A DNA stretch of 64,000 nucleotides, from contig JAVRCJ020000012.1 of NCBI GenBank assembly GCA_034530875.2, positions 1 through 64,000 on the forward strand, in the 5' to 3' direction. A program made the translations under genes and the position numbers. The number at the start of each line of letters is the position of its first letter. Positions within the stretch are counted from its first letter, which is position 1. The notes under the pieces were generated by a model. It saw only the letters and a list, made by a program, of their open reading frames with translations. It was not told the origin of the DNA and made no database searches. This document shows positions 22,929-34,523 of this stretch, piece after piece. This stretch comes from Nostoc sp. DedSLP01. GTDB taxonomy: Bacteria > Cyanobacteriota > Cyanobacteriia > Cyanobacteriales > Nostocaceae.

Positions 22929-23051
22929 TTACCAACAACTACTGCATATCCAGCAGACATAAGCAGCTGCTGCGGTAGTTTTTAGAGTTTCAACTTCACG
23001 AATCGCAAATTTCTTCAATGTTTTAGCTTGACTAACTTGTACAGTTTTCAT
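22929..23051 (-). CDS. Precursor peptide copy 1 (40 aa)
   Basis: MKTVQVSQAKTLKKFAIREVETLKTTAAAAYVCWICSSCW*. Confidence 0.85.
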   Translation of the reverse strand: MKTVQVSQAKTLKKFAIREVETLKTTAAAAYVCWICSSCW

Positions 23052-23308
23052 TGTTTTGTGCTGATTTTAATGTGTGTGTATTGGGCAATGTTCTCTGCCC
23101 TTGTGTTTATAAATATAGAGAGCGATCGGGTAAAACTAGGGGAGGTAATTGAATTAATTTCAGAAATTTCCAGCAGTCTTTTAATGCATTTAAAAGCACT
23201 GTGTATTTGTGGTCTTAACCAGTCAGGACTTAATTTTACCAAACGTTCTTATTCCACTAAAAAGGGGCTGTAACATTACAACCCCAGTGGCTGAGCAAGA
23301 TTTTTTAA

Positions 23309-26300
23309 CTAAAAAATCAAGTTATTCTGGCTGAAGTTACTAGCATTAAAATTATTGAGTATGACAAAAGTGCTAAAACTTGCGCTACTACCAACGCCAT
23401 CAGTGTCAAATTGAACCAGGGTACTTGCCCCAGATTGTATACTTCGGATGTAACCGTCAGCAATTGGATTTGTACCCGTGTAATTCAGGTTATCGAACAG
23501 AGTTTGCACTACCAGAACATCGTCTGTACTGCTGAAGTCGGTAATCGTAGCAATCCCCGCATTGAGGCTGGAAATAACAAATCGCTCTTTACCAGTGCCA
23601 CCAGTTAGGGTGTCATTGCCATAACTAGTGGTGATGATATCGTCACCCTTACCCCCATCTATCGTATCGTTGCCACTGTATGCCGAGAGCGTATCGTTGC
23701 CATTGCTTCCCACAATGAAGTCATCGTAGAATGTACCTGAGATATCCAATCGTTCAATATTCTTGTAGCTAACCCGATAATTCTCTAGTGTCATTTCTCC
23801 GGTGTTAGTAGTGGCATTGAATGTCGAAGTGATTCCGCTTCCATCATTGGGGTAACTATTGGTGTAATTGACTCTCAACAAATCATCGCCCTTGCCCCCA
23901 TCTATCTTTTGAGTTCCTGAAAGAGGAAGATACCCTGTAACAGGGGAGAAGATGCTTAAGGTGGTTAAATACAACAAATCATTGCCATTACCACCAGAGA
24001 GTAAGTTGTTACCTGTTGAATTATTGGTAAGAGCCAATGTATCGTCACCAGCGCCACCGTTGAGAGTGTTATTGCCTTTTGAATCATCCGCACTTAAAGT
24101 ATCGTCACCAGCATCACCGTTGAGAGTGTTATTGCCTGTTGAACCATAGGCACTCAAGCTATCGTTGCCAGAACCACCATTAAGGATTTTATTGCCGTCT
24201 GAATAAGCATTCAAGTTATCATTACCTGCACCGCCAATAATCGTATCATTGCCACCGCTATAGCTCGAAAGCGTATCGTTGCCATTGTTCCCTACGATGG
24301 AGTCATCGTAGGCTGTATCTGAGATATCTAATCTTTCGATATTCTTGTAGCTAACCCGATACGTGCCAGCTGTAATTTCTCCAGTGTTACTAGTGGCATT
24401 GAATTTGGAAACAATTCCTTTTGTAGCATTGATGTAACCGACGGACAATACATCGTCACCCTTACCCCCATCTATCGTATCTTTGCCACCGCTACCTGTG
24501 GAGAGTATATCGTTGCCATTGTTCCCTACGATGGAGTCATCGTAGACTGTACCTGATATAATTAAGGTCGCTCGTTCGATATTCTTGTAGCTAAGACTAT
24601 TTGTGCCCCCTCTAATCGCTCCAATGTTAGTAGTGGCATTGAAAGTCGAAGTAATTCCTCCGGTAGTATCCGTAAAATAGAGAGATAAATAATCGTCACC
24701 TTTACCCCCATCTATCGTATCTTGACCAGTAAAGCTTTCAGATAACGTTACAGAGAAGTAATCGTCACCGTTACCCCCATTTATGGTGTCATTGCCACCC
24801 CATGTATAGAGCGTATCGTTACCATTGCTCCCTACGATGGAGTCATCGTAGACTGTACCTTGGATATTTAATCCTTCGATATTCTTGTAGCTAACCCGAT
24901 ACTTGCCCGCTGTAATTTCTCCAATATTAGTAGTAGCATTGAATGTCGAAGTGATTCTGCCTGTAACATATATGTAATCGAGATACAATACATCGTCTCC
25001 CTTGCCCCCATTTACTGTTTGAGTTACTAAATAAGCAGGGGCAGTATCTTGAGATGAAGGGCCTAAATATAAAGAATCATTGCCATCGCCGCCAGAGAGT
25101 ACGTTATTACCTGTTGAATACTCAGCACGCAATGTATCGTTACCAGCGCCACCATTAAGGGTGTTATTGCCCGAGCTGGCATCATAAATATTGGACAAGA
25201 CATAATCAGAGAGGGAAAGATAATCATTGCCATCGCCACCACAGAGTAGGTTATTGCCTGTTGAATATTGAGCACGCAATGTATCATCACCAGCGCCACC
25301 GTTGAGGGTGTTATTGCCTGAAGACCTATAACTATAGAAAGCTGTGTTTTCATCATAGCCGTAGACAAAGAGGCGATCGTCGCCATCGTCCCCAGAGAGC
25401 AAGTTATTGCCTTTGGCACCACCCATCAAAAGATCGTCACCAGCACCACCGTTAAGGGTGTTATTACCTGAGGATGGAATATTACCGGAATTTACAAAAA
25501 TAGAGGCATCAAGATAATCATTGCCATTGCCACCAGAAAGTAAGTTATTACCTTGTGAACCCATAGCAGACAATCGATCGCCACCAGCACCACCAATGAG
25601 GGTGTTATCGCCATCTGAACAGATAACAGATAATTCATCGTTACCAATACCACCAACAAGAGAGTTATTGCCAGTAACATCAGTGAGGAAGTCATCCCCC
25701 ACACCACCAAGGAGAGTATCATTGCCCGTACCACCGCGCAGCAAGTCGTTGCCACTTAAGCCATCGATTTTGTCATTACCACCTTGACCATTAATGACAT
25801 CATCTGAGTTGTCTAAACCCCTAATGTTATTGTTTAGGTCGTTGAGGAAGGTCACTGTATTCTTGATGCTGATGCTCGTTTGAGTAGAGTTGGCGTCTAG
25901 AAAATGAAAGCTATCGTTAATGCTTGTTTCTCCATCAAACAAGATATTACCAATGGCTGGTTTTGTACCAGAAGCTTTGAGGTTATTTAAGTCTTCTAGT
26001 TTGAAGTTTTGCAGGATAATTTTTGTATCACTTACCACTCCAAAGCTAATTTCCAGATTGCTGCCATTCTGAGTCAGCACCAGATTTCGGGCAGTAAAAT
26101 CAGAGACGGCATTGTTATCAGTATTGAATTTGATGGTATCGACTTCGGCAATAACTGCTGCTGTTGGGTTTATAGCCTGACCGACGCCACCGAAATCAGT
26201 AATAGTAACAGTGCCGTCACCAGAGTTGTAAACAAAGATATCGTTGCCGCCACCACCAGTCAGGGTGTCATTGCCATAAGTAGTTGTAATGATATCGTTC

Positions 26301-26380
26301 CCGGCTTTACCATTAATTGTATCTGTGCTATCAGTACCCACTAGGGTATCGTTACCTTGAGTTCCAATGATATTTGCCAT
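23309..26380 (-). CDS. RTX-type calcium-binding repeat protein
   Basis: Many GGxGxDxL nonapeptides and internal SYKNIERL repeats. Confidence 0.92.
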   Translation of the reverse strand: MANIIGTQGNDTLVGTDSTDTINGKAGNDIITTTYGNDTLTGGGGNDIFVYNSGDGTVTITDFGGVGQAINPTAAVIAEVDTIKFNTDNNAVSDFTARNLVLTQNGSNLEISFGVVSDTKIILQNFKLEDLNNLKASGTKPAIGNILFDGETSINDSFHFLDANSTQTSISIKNTVTFLNDLNNNIRGLDNSDDVINGQGGNDKIDGLSGNDLLRGGTGNDTLLGGVGDDFLTDVTGNNSLVGGIGNDELSVICSDGDNTLIGGAGGDRLSAMGSQGNNLLSGGNGNDYLDASIFVNSGNIPSSGNNTLNGGAGDDLLMGGAKGNNLLSGDDGDDRLFVYGYDENTAFYSYRSSGNNTLNGGAGDDTLRAQYSTGNNLLCGGDGNDYLSLSDYVLSNIYDASSGNNTLNGGAGNDTLRAEYSTGNNVLSGGDGNDSLYLGPSSQDTAPAYLVTQTVNGGKGDDVLYLDYIYVTGRITSTFNATTNIGEITAGKYRVSYKNIEGLNIQGTVYDDSIVGSNGNDTLYTWGGNDTINGGNGDDYFSVTLSESFTGQDTIDGGKGDDYLSLYFTDTTGGITSTFNATTNIGAIRGGTNSLSYKNIERATLIISGTVYDDSIVGNNGNDILSTGSGGKDTIDGGKGDDVLSVGYINATKGIVSKFNATSNTGEITAGTYRVSYKNIERLDISDTAYDDSIVGNNGNDTLSSYSGGNDTIIGGAGNDNLNAYSDGNKILNGGSGNDSLSAYGSTGNNTLNGDAGDDTLSADDSKGNNTLNGGAGDDTLALTNNSTGNNLLSGGNGNDLLYLTTLSIFSPVTGYLPLSGTQKIDGGKGDDLLRVNYTNSYPNDGSGITSTFNATTNTGEMTLENYRVSYKNIERLDISGTFYDDFIVGSNGNDTLSAYSGNDTIDGGKGDDIITTSYGNDTLTGGTGKERFVISSLNAGIATITDFSSTDDVLVVQTLFDNLNYTGTNPIADGYIRSIQSGASTLVQFDTDGVGSSASFSTFVILNNFNASNFSQNNLIF

Positions 26381-27428
26381 TACTTTATTCCTACCTGAAT
26401 CGATTTTTAGAGTAATTTAAGTTCTCAAGTTGCGGTTAATGTTTTGCAGCGCACAAAAATTTGCCGAAAGTTGATGTTCTCGACAGATTTCATATCACCG
26501 TTGAGGATTATGAATTTTTGATGACGATTCTCCTTTTGATTTGCTTGCAAGTATTACTTATTCAACTATCTGCGGCTGTGTACGTCTTAAGCACTCTACA
26601 AATTTCTGAGTCTGTGGATTCACAAAAACAACTAGTTTCAGGCTTGTTTTAAGTATCTTTCTTCAATAGTGCTGGTAAGCATTTAGCCTCAACCTACTGA
26701 AGAACGGTTGAAAAGCCAAGCTCGAATGTCCCAAACCAAAATTTGATAATTTGATTGGGCAAATGCTTAAGTCGTACTAGTTTGAAAATAGGGAACACTT
26801 GACAAGAATCGGAGAAATAATCTCTATACCTTTTTTGTAGGCGATGCCTTCTCTTCCAGAGACGCTACCGCGTAGCTTGCTTCTCCGTAGGAGTACGGCG
26901 GGCTTCTCCAACGCCCTTGGCTATTTGGCTTACAAATAGAAAATATCTTCAGATAACATCATACTAAATCAATCTAGAGTATTTACTTAGATTTGTAGAT
27001 TTAGACAGATATCTTTGCATATTCTTTATATTAATTGCTCGTAAATCTATACATAATCACTGAACTTTGTATATGCTTTATATTTTGCGAGCCAGTAGAT
27101 CGAAAACTTTTGTCAGTTGACGAAAGAATGAAGGTTTGGGCCGTCGATTTTGGGACAGCATCGCGGTAAAGCATAATCAAAAGAAAATCTCAGGCTGCGA
27201 TCGCTTAAGCCAAGCCAGGAGGATAGCATGAAAAGACAGACTAAGGGAAAACTAACACTAGAAGCGATCGCCCCAATTCAAGCGAGGAAAACGCAGCAGC
27301 GATGCCTATCGCACACGGGTACGCTTTAAAGTAGACATCGCTTTTTATTCAAGCGATCGCACAACAAGATAGCTAGGCGACGAAACCAAGTGTTAGGTAG
27401 GATTTCAAGACTTGTGTGTACACCGTAG

Positions 27429-27529
27429 CAGTTATAGGTAAGGGTGGCATGACTAACAACCGCCCGAATTACAGCATTGAGTCCCGGACAGTCACCACCA
27501 CTAGTCAAAATGCCAATTCGTTTTTGCAT
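27429..27529 (-). pseudogene. pfkA: 5' fragment of ATP-dependent 6-phosphofructokinase
   Basis: [25 protein letters not shown]; similarity stops after about 33 codons, exactly at a CTACGGTGTACACACAAGTC repeat end. Confidence 0.8.
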
Positions 27530-28009
27530 AGTTATCGTACCTCAACAACAAAGGCAGAGGGACAGTAGAGAGGAGGCAGAAGAGAGTATTTCTTCTGCCT
27601 CACTGTTGAACCCTGTTTTAGCTATGTCTTGAGACTAAGGCAAAAATCTGAGGAATTTGTGAAGATCTAACTTAGGTATTACTGAAATTTTGCAAAATTC
27701 CTGTTACATTCCTCAACTAGTAGTTTGCGAAGGAAACTTTGCGTTGTGGTCAGCAGAGGAGCGGAGGGGCAGAGGGGTAGCTGACAGCTGTAGGTTTATT
27801 ACACAGGCGTGAGTGTTCAATCTCAAAGTCACAGAATAGAAACATAAAACTTGGGTGTAGATAAATGAGACTCAAATGCTAAAGAATGAGTATCTCAAAC
27901 AATGTACATGCATTTGGCTAATCGCTTAGCGATCGCCACATCTGTGCAAAAATCCCAAAAATCCACGAAGCTCAAAAACTCATTCATGAGGTCAAACACT
28001 TGTTAACTG

Positions 28010-28265
28010 AGTCTCCAATACCCAGCGACGATTTCCAAAGACTCGTTAATCGGCAAAATATCCTCGTTAACGAGCAAAATATCCTCGTCAACCGGCAAAA
28101 TATACTCGTCAACGAGCAAAATATACTCGTCAATCGGCAAAATATACTCGTCAACTGGCAAAATATCCTCGTCAACCGGCAAAATATACTCGTTAATGAA
28201 TATCAAAGACTCATTAATGGAGTTCCGAGCCTCATTAATGAGTATCAAAGACTCATTAACGAGTC
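28010..28265 (+). repeat. 21-bp tandem repeat array (heptads such as NRQNILV)
   Basis: About 11-12 units like CTCGT(T/C)AA(C/T)CGGCAAAATAT(A/C). Confidence 0.85.
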
Positions 28266-28614
28266 AACTTGAGTATTGGTAATGCTAAATTCTTTTTAAA
28301 ATTACGTAAAAATTATTATTGCCCATGTATTGTAATACAACATGGGAGCTTGGTTTGACATCTTGGAGTATTCTCAATTAGCGCCCTCGTCCGCCTGGAA
28401 CTCAAAGTTTCAGGCTGATAGCTTAAGTCCACTTCAGTGGACTAAAAATATAAATCTAGAAAGAATTTAGTCTTCTTAGGAGGACTTTCGCTATGAGTGG
28501 TATGTTTCTAACCTATAACGGTTGTTGGGATTAGTAAAAAACATCAGTGGTTGCGAGATTGTTCAGGCAATTAGGGGCATTAAATTTAATTTTCGTTAAC
28601 AGGTGAACCTCAAT

Positions 28615-31600
28615 ATGGCAGATACGCCTCAACGTTACCTTGAAAAAATCCGAGAAGCAAAAGAGAAACAGCTTAAAGAATTAGATTTAAGTAATAGTTG
28701 GCGGACTGATGACAAGGAAAAATTAACAGAGATTCCTGCTGAGGTGTTTGAACTGGAATGGTTGGAGGTTTTGAATTTAAGTGGCAACCAATTAACGACG
28801 CTGCCAGAAGCCATCACCCGCCTGCAACAACTCACCACCCTGGATTTAAACGACAACCCCATTGAAAAGCCACCGCCAGAAGTTGTTGCAAAAGGTATTG
28901 AGGCAATTAAGGATTATTTCCGAGAGCTAGAACAAGGTACAGATTATCTTTATGAAGCAAAGTTATTAATTGTCGGTGAAGGAGGAGCAGGGAAAACAAC
29001 ACTAATCAAGAAAATCGAAAATCAAAATTATCAACTTCGAGAGGAAGATATTACAAAGGGAATTCAGGTAGTTCGGTGGAGTTTCCCAATGGAAAATGGG
29101 CGAGAATTTCGAGTCAACATTTGGGACTTTGGGGGGCAAGAGATTTACCATGCTACTCACCAGTTTTTCCTCACCAAGCGTTCACTCTATGTTTTAGTGG
29201 CAGATACCCGCAAGGAAGACACGGATTTTTATTACTGGTTGAATGTAGTAGAACTGTTGAGCGATAACAGTCCGTTGTTAATAATCAAAAATGAGAAGCA
29301 AAACCGCCACCGAGATATCAATGAACGTCAGTTACGGGGGCAGTTTACTAATTTGAAGGAGACTTTAGCAACAAACCTTGCTACCAACAGAGGTTTAGAA
29401 AAAGTTTTAGAACAAATCAAGCATTACGTTAAAAACTTGCCTCATATTGGCACTAAGCTCCCAACAACCTGGGTTAAAGTTAGGAAAGCTTTGGAGAGTG
29501 ACGCACGCAATTACATCAGCTTGGATGAATACCTGAATATCTGCCAACAAAATGGCCTCACCCAAAGGTATGACAAGTTGCAATTGAGTGAGTATCTGCA
29601 CGATTTGGGAGTATGCTTACACTTTCAGCAAGACCCACTTTTATACAATATCGTTATCCTCAAACCCAACTGGATCACTTATGCAGTCTACAAGGTGCTG
29701 GATAACGAAAAGGTGATTCGCAACCTGGGCAGTTTCACATGGTCTGACTTGGTAAATATCTGGTGTGAAGAAGAATATGCCGCTATGCATGGTGAAATCT
29801 TGCACCTGATGATCAAGTTCAACCTGTGCTACGAAATTCCGAGAAGCCAAGGAAAATATATTGCCCCACAATTGCTATCTGCTAATCAACCCTCTTATGA
29901 CTGGGATGAAAATAAAAATCTGATTCTGCGTTACACTTACGATTTCATGCCCAAGGGCATCATCACCCAGTTCATCGTCGCTATGCATGAGCTAATTAAC
30001 GAACAAAAATGTGTCTGGAAAAGCGGCGTTATTCTCAGCACAGACCAAACGAAGGCAGAGGTTATTGAATATTATGGCAAGCGAGAGATTAAGATTCGAG
30101 TTTCAGGTCGTCACACAAGAGATTTGATGACCATAGTGACACATGAACTCGATAAAATTCATGACTCATATCAGGGACTGAGGTATAACAAGTTAATTCC
30201 CTGTAGTTGCCGCACCTGCAAAGATAGCCAAGAGCCACACTTTTACTCTTTTGAAATATTACGAAAATTTCTAGCCGATAAACAAGAACATATTCAATGT
30301 CAAAAAAGCTACGATTTAGTAAGTATATTGGAACTACTTGATACTCCTTTTGATATAAAAGTTTTAACAAATATTAATAAACCAAATGAACAAACCAATT
30401 TAGTGCCTGAAATTTTAGCAATTCCAAATCAAAGTTTGAACGTCATTGCTAATTTCCTAAAACAAGGAAAAACACAAAATCTTGTACCTTTATACGAAGC
30501 TAAAATTTTAATAGTAGGTGAACCAGGTGCTGGAAAGACTTCTTTAATGAAAAAATTAATTGACCCTACTTATCAAGTACCTAATGATGAGAGATCAACT
30601 CTAGGTATTAAAGTACACTTTGGTTATACCTTTCAATACTCTAAAGATAAATCTATTAGTTTTAGAGCTAATATTTGGGATTTTGGAGGGCAGGAAATTC
30701 AATATGCGCTGCACCAATTCTTTCTAACTACTGACTCCCTATATATACTAGTAGCTGACGATCGCGAACAACGTACAGAATTTAATTATTGGTTCGATAT
30801 TATTAAATTACTTGGAGGAAATAGTCCTGTTTTAGTTGTACTAAATGAAAAAAATTATAATTCTATTACTAATTTTGATTTACACACTTACCGTCAGCGA
30901 TATTCTGAACTCAAAATAGAGTGTTGCAGTGTAAATTTATCATCAAATGATAACCGAATTAAAATTTTGACCAATAAAATACAAAATATGTTATCTAACT
31001 TAGAACATATTGGCCGTAAGGTTTTACCTGAAGGATGGTTATTAGTAAGAAGTGAATTAGAAAAGATTAAAGATAAAAAGAACCATATAACTATTGAAGA
31101 ATATTTTCGTATATGTGAAACTTCTAAAATTAGAGAGGAAACAAATAAATTATTATTAAGTAAATATTTGCATAATTTAGGTATTATAGTACATTTTCAA
31201 AATGATAGTCATTTATATAGCTTTATAATACTAAATCCTCAATGGGCAACAGATGCAATATATGCTTTTCTATCAAATAAACTTTTGATAAAACGAGGGG
31301 GTAGATTTAATAAAGAATTGTTATTTAGCCTTTGGTCTAAAAAATATAGTTTTAATGAAAAAAATCAATTGCTAAATTTAATGAAAAAAAATAATTTTGA
31401 TATTTGTTATTCAATAAATACTTCAGATAACTATGAATTTATTATTCCACAGCTACTACCAAATAAAAAAATTAATTATCAATGGAATGATAATGATAAC
31501 TTGAGATTTCGTTTTAAATTTCCATTTATGCCAAAAGGCATTCTTGCTCAATTGATTGTCCAGTTATCAACTTATATTGCCCAGAATCAGCGAGGTAAAC

Positions 31601-32466
31601 ATATAGTCTGGAAAACAGGAGTTGTTTTTGTCCAAAATGATGCAGATTTACAATCAGAAAATGTTACACAAGCAGAGGTTATAGAAAATCTTGATCTTCG
31701 AGATAGAACTCAGGTAATTGATATCAGGGTATCAGGTTTAATTGACAACAAAAAAGCTCTACTTGTTATCATACGTCAAAAAATATTAGAGATATGCAGA
31801 ATAAGATTTCCTGGCATCTTGTTTACAGAGCAGATTCCTTGCAATTGTTCAAGATGTAATAAAAATAGTGAACCACATTTTTATGATTACTATGAAGAAT
31901 TAATAACGCGTGTTGCTAATGGCTCTAATAAAATTGAATGTCGTAAGAGCTTAAAAAAGGTAAATATTCAAAAATTAATTTATGGTGTAATTGGCAAAGA
32001 ACAATATGAAAAAGAACGCAATGTATCTAGGGATACACATATTCATATTGAAAAGATAATATATGGCAACACAAAGTCAGGAGATAATATTTTGAACGTT
32101 TCAACTTTTGAACGTGGAATAGCACTTGCTATGGCTCTAGCGGTCTTAGTGACCTTTATTTTTCTTGTACTCAACCCACGCGCAATGGAAGGTAGTACTT
32201 TAGCAATAATTAGATTTTTAGCAGCTACATTTGCTGGAATATCAGCTTATTTTTTCACAGGTACTCTTGGTTTAGAAGCACACGTACCTTTGAATAAAAC
32301 TAATATTAAAGCTGGAGGAGCATTTGCAGCGTTTGTCCTTGTATTACTTCTATTCTTTTATGGAGTTCCAGCATCGGAGAATCAAAATAACTCTAAACCT
32401 GTTTCAGATGCCAACACAACCAGAACAACGATCGCTAGCCTCAATCAACACAGCGATCGCCTTTGA
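28615..32466 (+). CDS. Roco-family protein: short LRR, two Roc-COR modules, C-terminal TM helices
   Basis: GEGGAGKT/WDFGGQ and a second GEPGAGKT/WDFGGQ; two IPCxCxxC COR-end motifs; hydrophobic C-terminus. Confidence 0.88.
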   Translation: MADTPQRYLEKIREAKEKQLKELDLSNSWRTDDKEKLTEIPAEVFELEWLEVLNLSGNQLTTLPEAITRLQQLTTLDLNDNPIEKPPPEVVAKGIEAIKDYFRELEQGTDYLYEAKLLIVGEGGAGKTTLIKKIENQNYQLREEDITKGIQVVRWSFPMENGREFRVNIWDFGGQEIYHATHQFFLTKRSLYVLVADTRKEDTDFYYWLNVVELLSDNSPLLIIKNEKQNRHRDINERQLRGQFTNLKETLATNLATNRGLEKVLEQIKHYVKNLPHIGTKLPTTWVKVRKALESDARNYISLDEYLNICQQNGLTQRYDKLQLSEYLHDLGVCLHFQQDPLLYNIVILKPNWITYAVYKVLDNEKVIRNLGSFTWSDLVNIWCEEEYAAMHGEILHLMIKFNLCYEIPRSQGKYIAPQLLSANQPSYDWDENKNLILRYTYDFMPKGIITQFIVAMHELINEQKCVWKSGVILSTDQTKAEVIEYYGKREIKIRVSGRHTRDLMTIVTHELDKIHDSYQGLRYNKLIPCSCRTCKDSQEPHFYSFEILRKFLADKQEHIQCQKSYDLVSILELLDTPFDIKVLTNINKPNEQTNLVPEILAIPNQSLNVIANFLKQGKTQNLVPLYEAKILIVGEPGAGKTSLMKKLIDPTYQVPNDERSTLGIKVHFGYTFQYSKDKSISFRANIWDFGGQEIQYALHQFFLTTDSLYILVADDREQRTEFNYWFDIIKLLGGNSPVLVVLNEKNYNSITNFDLHTYRQRYSELKIECCSVNLSSNDNRIKILTNKIQNMLSNLEHIGRKVLPEGWLLVRSELEKIKDKKNHITIEEYFRICETSKIREETNKLLLSKYLHNLGIIVHFQNDSHLYSFIILNPQWATDAIYAFLSNKLLIKRGGRFNKELLFSLWSKKYSFNEKNQLLNLMKKNNFDICYSINTSDNYEFIIPQLLPNKKINYQWNDNDNLRFRFKFPFMPKGILAQLIVQLSTYIAQNQRGKHIVWKTGVVFVQNDADLQSENVTQAEVIENLDLRDRTQVIDIRVSGLIDNKKALLVIIRQKILEICRIRFPGILFTEQIPCNCSRCNKNSEPHFYDYYEELITRVANGSNKIECRKSLKKVNIQKLIYGVIGKEQYEKERNVSRDTHIHIEKIIYGNTKSGDNILNVSTFERGIALAMALAVLVTFIFLVLNPRAMEGSTLAIIRFLAATFAGISAYFFTGTLGLEAHVPLNKTNIKAGGAFAAFVLVLLLFFYGVPASENQNNSKPVSDANTTRTTIASLNQHSDRL

Positions 32467-32511
32467 TTCAGGTGCGTTATGCTACTGCTAACGCACCTAT
32501 GCAACGCCAAA

Positions 32512-33660
32512 TTACTTATGTAAAACTTGCCGTAATGCTGCTATCAGTTGGTCAACACTTTCCTTACGACTATTAAAGCCCATCAGTCCGACGCGCCAGA
32601 CTTGACCGGCGAGTTCGCCAAGACCGCCGCCAATTTCAATATTATGTTCGTTGAGTAACTGCCGAGCGATCGCTTTGCCATCTACTCCTGCGGGAATGCG
32701 GACGGTGGTAAGAGTTGGCAGTCGATATTCGCGCTCAACGTGCATACTCAATCCTATGTCTTCCAAGCTTTCCCAAAGATATTCTACGTTCTTTTGATGG
32801 CGCTGCCAGCAGCTTGCTAATCCTTCTTCGGCGACTAAACGCAGTGCTTCCCGCAATGCATAGTATAAGTTAATCGGTGCTGTGTGGTGATAAACGCGAT
32901 CGCTCCCCCAATATTTACTCAGCAAAGACATATCTAAATACCAATTAGCAACTTTCGTGCGACGCTTTTGCAATTTCTCGAATGCACGCGGACTCATGGT
33001 AAAAGGCGAAGCACCAGGGGGGCAGCCCAACCCTTTTTGACTGCAACTATAAGCGAGGTCAACACCCCAAGCATCTAATAATACAGGAGTACCACCCAGA
33101 CTTGTCACGGTATCTACTAATAGCAAAGTGCCAAATTCACGACACAAATCAGCAACTCCTTCCAAAGGTTGCCGCGCGCCTGTGGAAGTTTCGGCATGAA
33201 CCAAAGCTAGAATCGCTGGGCGATGAGTTTTAAGTGCGGTTTCCAGTTCTTCCAAGCTGAAAACTTGTCCCCAAGGCTTAGTAATGGTTCGCACATCAGC
33301 GCCATAACGTCCAGCCATATCCACGAGGCGATTCCCGAAGTAACCTGCTACACCAATCAAAACCACATCGCCGGGTTCGACGCTATTGGCGATGGTTGCT
33401 TCCATTGCGGCCGTTCCCGTACCGCTGACTGCAATAGTCAGTGGGTTTTCTGTTTGCCATACGTAACGTAGCAAAGACTGGATTTCATCCATGAGTGCGA
33501 GAAAAGCCGGGTCAAGATGCCCGACGGGTGAAGTATTCATCGCTTGCAGCACTGTGGGATGGGCATTGGAAGGGCCTGGCCCCAACAGTAAACGAGATGG
33601 AATTTCTAAAGGTGAAAGTTGCAAGCGCCCAGAATCGTTAATTGAAATTGTTGGCGTCAT
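32512..33660 (-). CDS. Alanine-glyoxylate / serine-pyruvate aminotransferase, class V
   Basis: [28 protein letters not shown] motifs. Confidence 0.93.
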   Translation of the reverse strand: MTPTISINDSGRLQLSPLEIPSRLLLGPGPSNAHPTVLQAMNTSPVGHLDPAFLALMDEIQSLLRYVWQTENPLTIAVSGTGTAAMEATIANSVEPGDVVLIGVAGYFGNRLVDMAGRYGADVRTITKPWGQVFSLEELETALKTHRPAILALVHAETSTGARQPLEGVADLCREFGTLLLVDTVTSLGGTPVLLDAWGVDLAYSCSQKGLGCPPGASPFTMSPRAFEKLQKRRTKVANWYLDMSLLSKYWGSDRVYHHTAPINLYYALREALRLVAEEGLASCWQRHQKNVEYLWESLEDIGLSMHVEREYRLPTLTTVRIPAGVDGKAIARQLLNEHNIEIGGGLGELAGQVWRVGLMGFNSRKESVDQLIAALRQVLHK

Positions 33661-33935
33661 AATCTGTCTTTGCTTATACGGTACTTACCGCATCATAAAG
33701 CGATCGCAGACAATGGGGAATAGGGTAAAGATTAACTGCTTATTCCTGAAGGTAATAGGTGATTTTTACCATAATCAAATAAAATTCTTTTATCGGGCAT
33801 CTTAAAACAAGAGGGACAATGGTGAGAAAACCTTTATCCTTTTCCCAAAACCAAATTTTGAGTTAAAAATTATTAACAGAGTAGTCTTGCTTAACTAATT
33901 ACTTTGGAATTATTCACTTAGTAAGAAACACAATT

Positions 33936-34325
33936 ATGATTTTTGCAGGTAAACGGCCGAATAATTTAGGTGTGAGTAATGGGAAATTGGCATCTTGTCC
34001 TAACTCTCCTAACTGCGTTTCTAGTTACAGTACAGATGAAGTCCATCAAATTGCACCGCTAGCTTTTAACTCTAGTCCAGAATCAGCATTAGCGAATTTA
34101 AAAACGATTATTGAGTCTTTACCAAGAACCAAAATAATTACCGAAAGCCAAGACTATATTTATGCAGAATTTAAAAGCGCTTTAATGGGATTTGTGGATG
34201 ATGTAGAATTCTTTCTAGACAGGAATGCTAATGTAATTCAAGTGCGTTCCGCTTCACGTTTGGGTTATGGCGATTTGGGCGTAAATCGCCAAAGAATAGA
34301 GACAATTAGAGCCAAACTCAAATAA
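33936..34325 (+). CDS. DUF1499 protein
   Basis: CPNSPNCVSS, GFVDDVEF, RSASRLGYGDLGVNRQR. Confidence 0.9.
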   Translation: MIFAGKRPNNLGVSNGKLASCPNSPNCVSSYSTDEVHQIAPLAFNSSPESALANLKTIIESLPRTKIITESQDYIYAEFKSALMGFVDDVEFFLDRNANVIQVRSASRLGYGDLGVNRQRIETIRAKLK

Positions 34326-34523
34326 AAACTCTGCCTTTCCAGTTCTGATTCGGATGATTATATTGGCAGGATAATCTAACTCAACATATTAAACTATACT
34401 ACTCCCTCTTCTCAGAAAAGTCAGTCCAAAGTATGAGAATTTAGTCTCTATACTTACAGAAAGAGGAAATTGGACTTTAAGTTTTTTACCATGAACTTAC
34501 GTGAAGAGAATCGGAGTAAGTTT

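Noticed and set aside
23028..23273. ORFs of 81 aa (+) and 64 aa (-)
   Set aside because: Shadows over the precursor repeat's upstream spacer.
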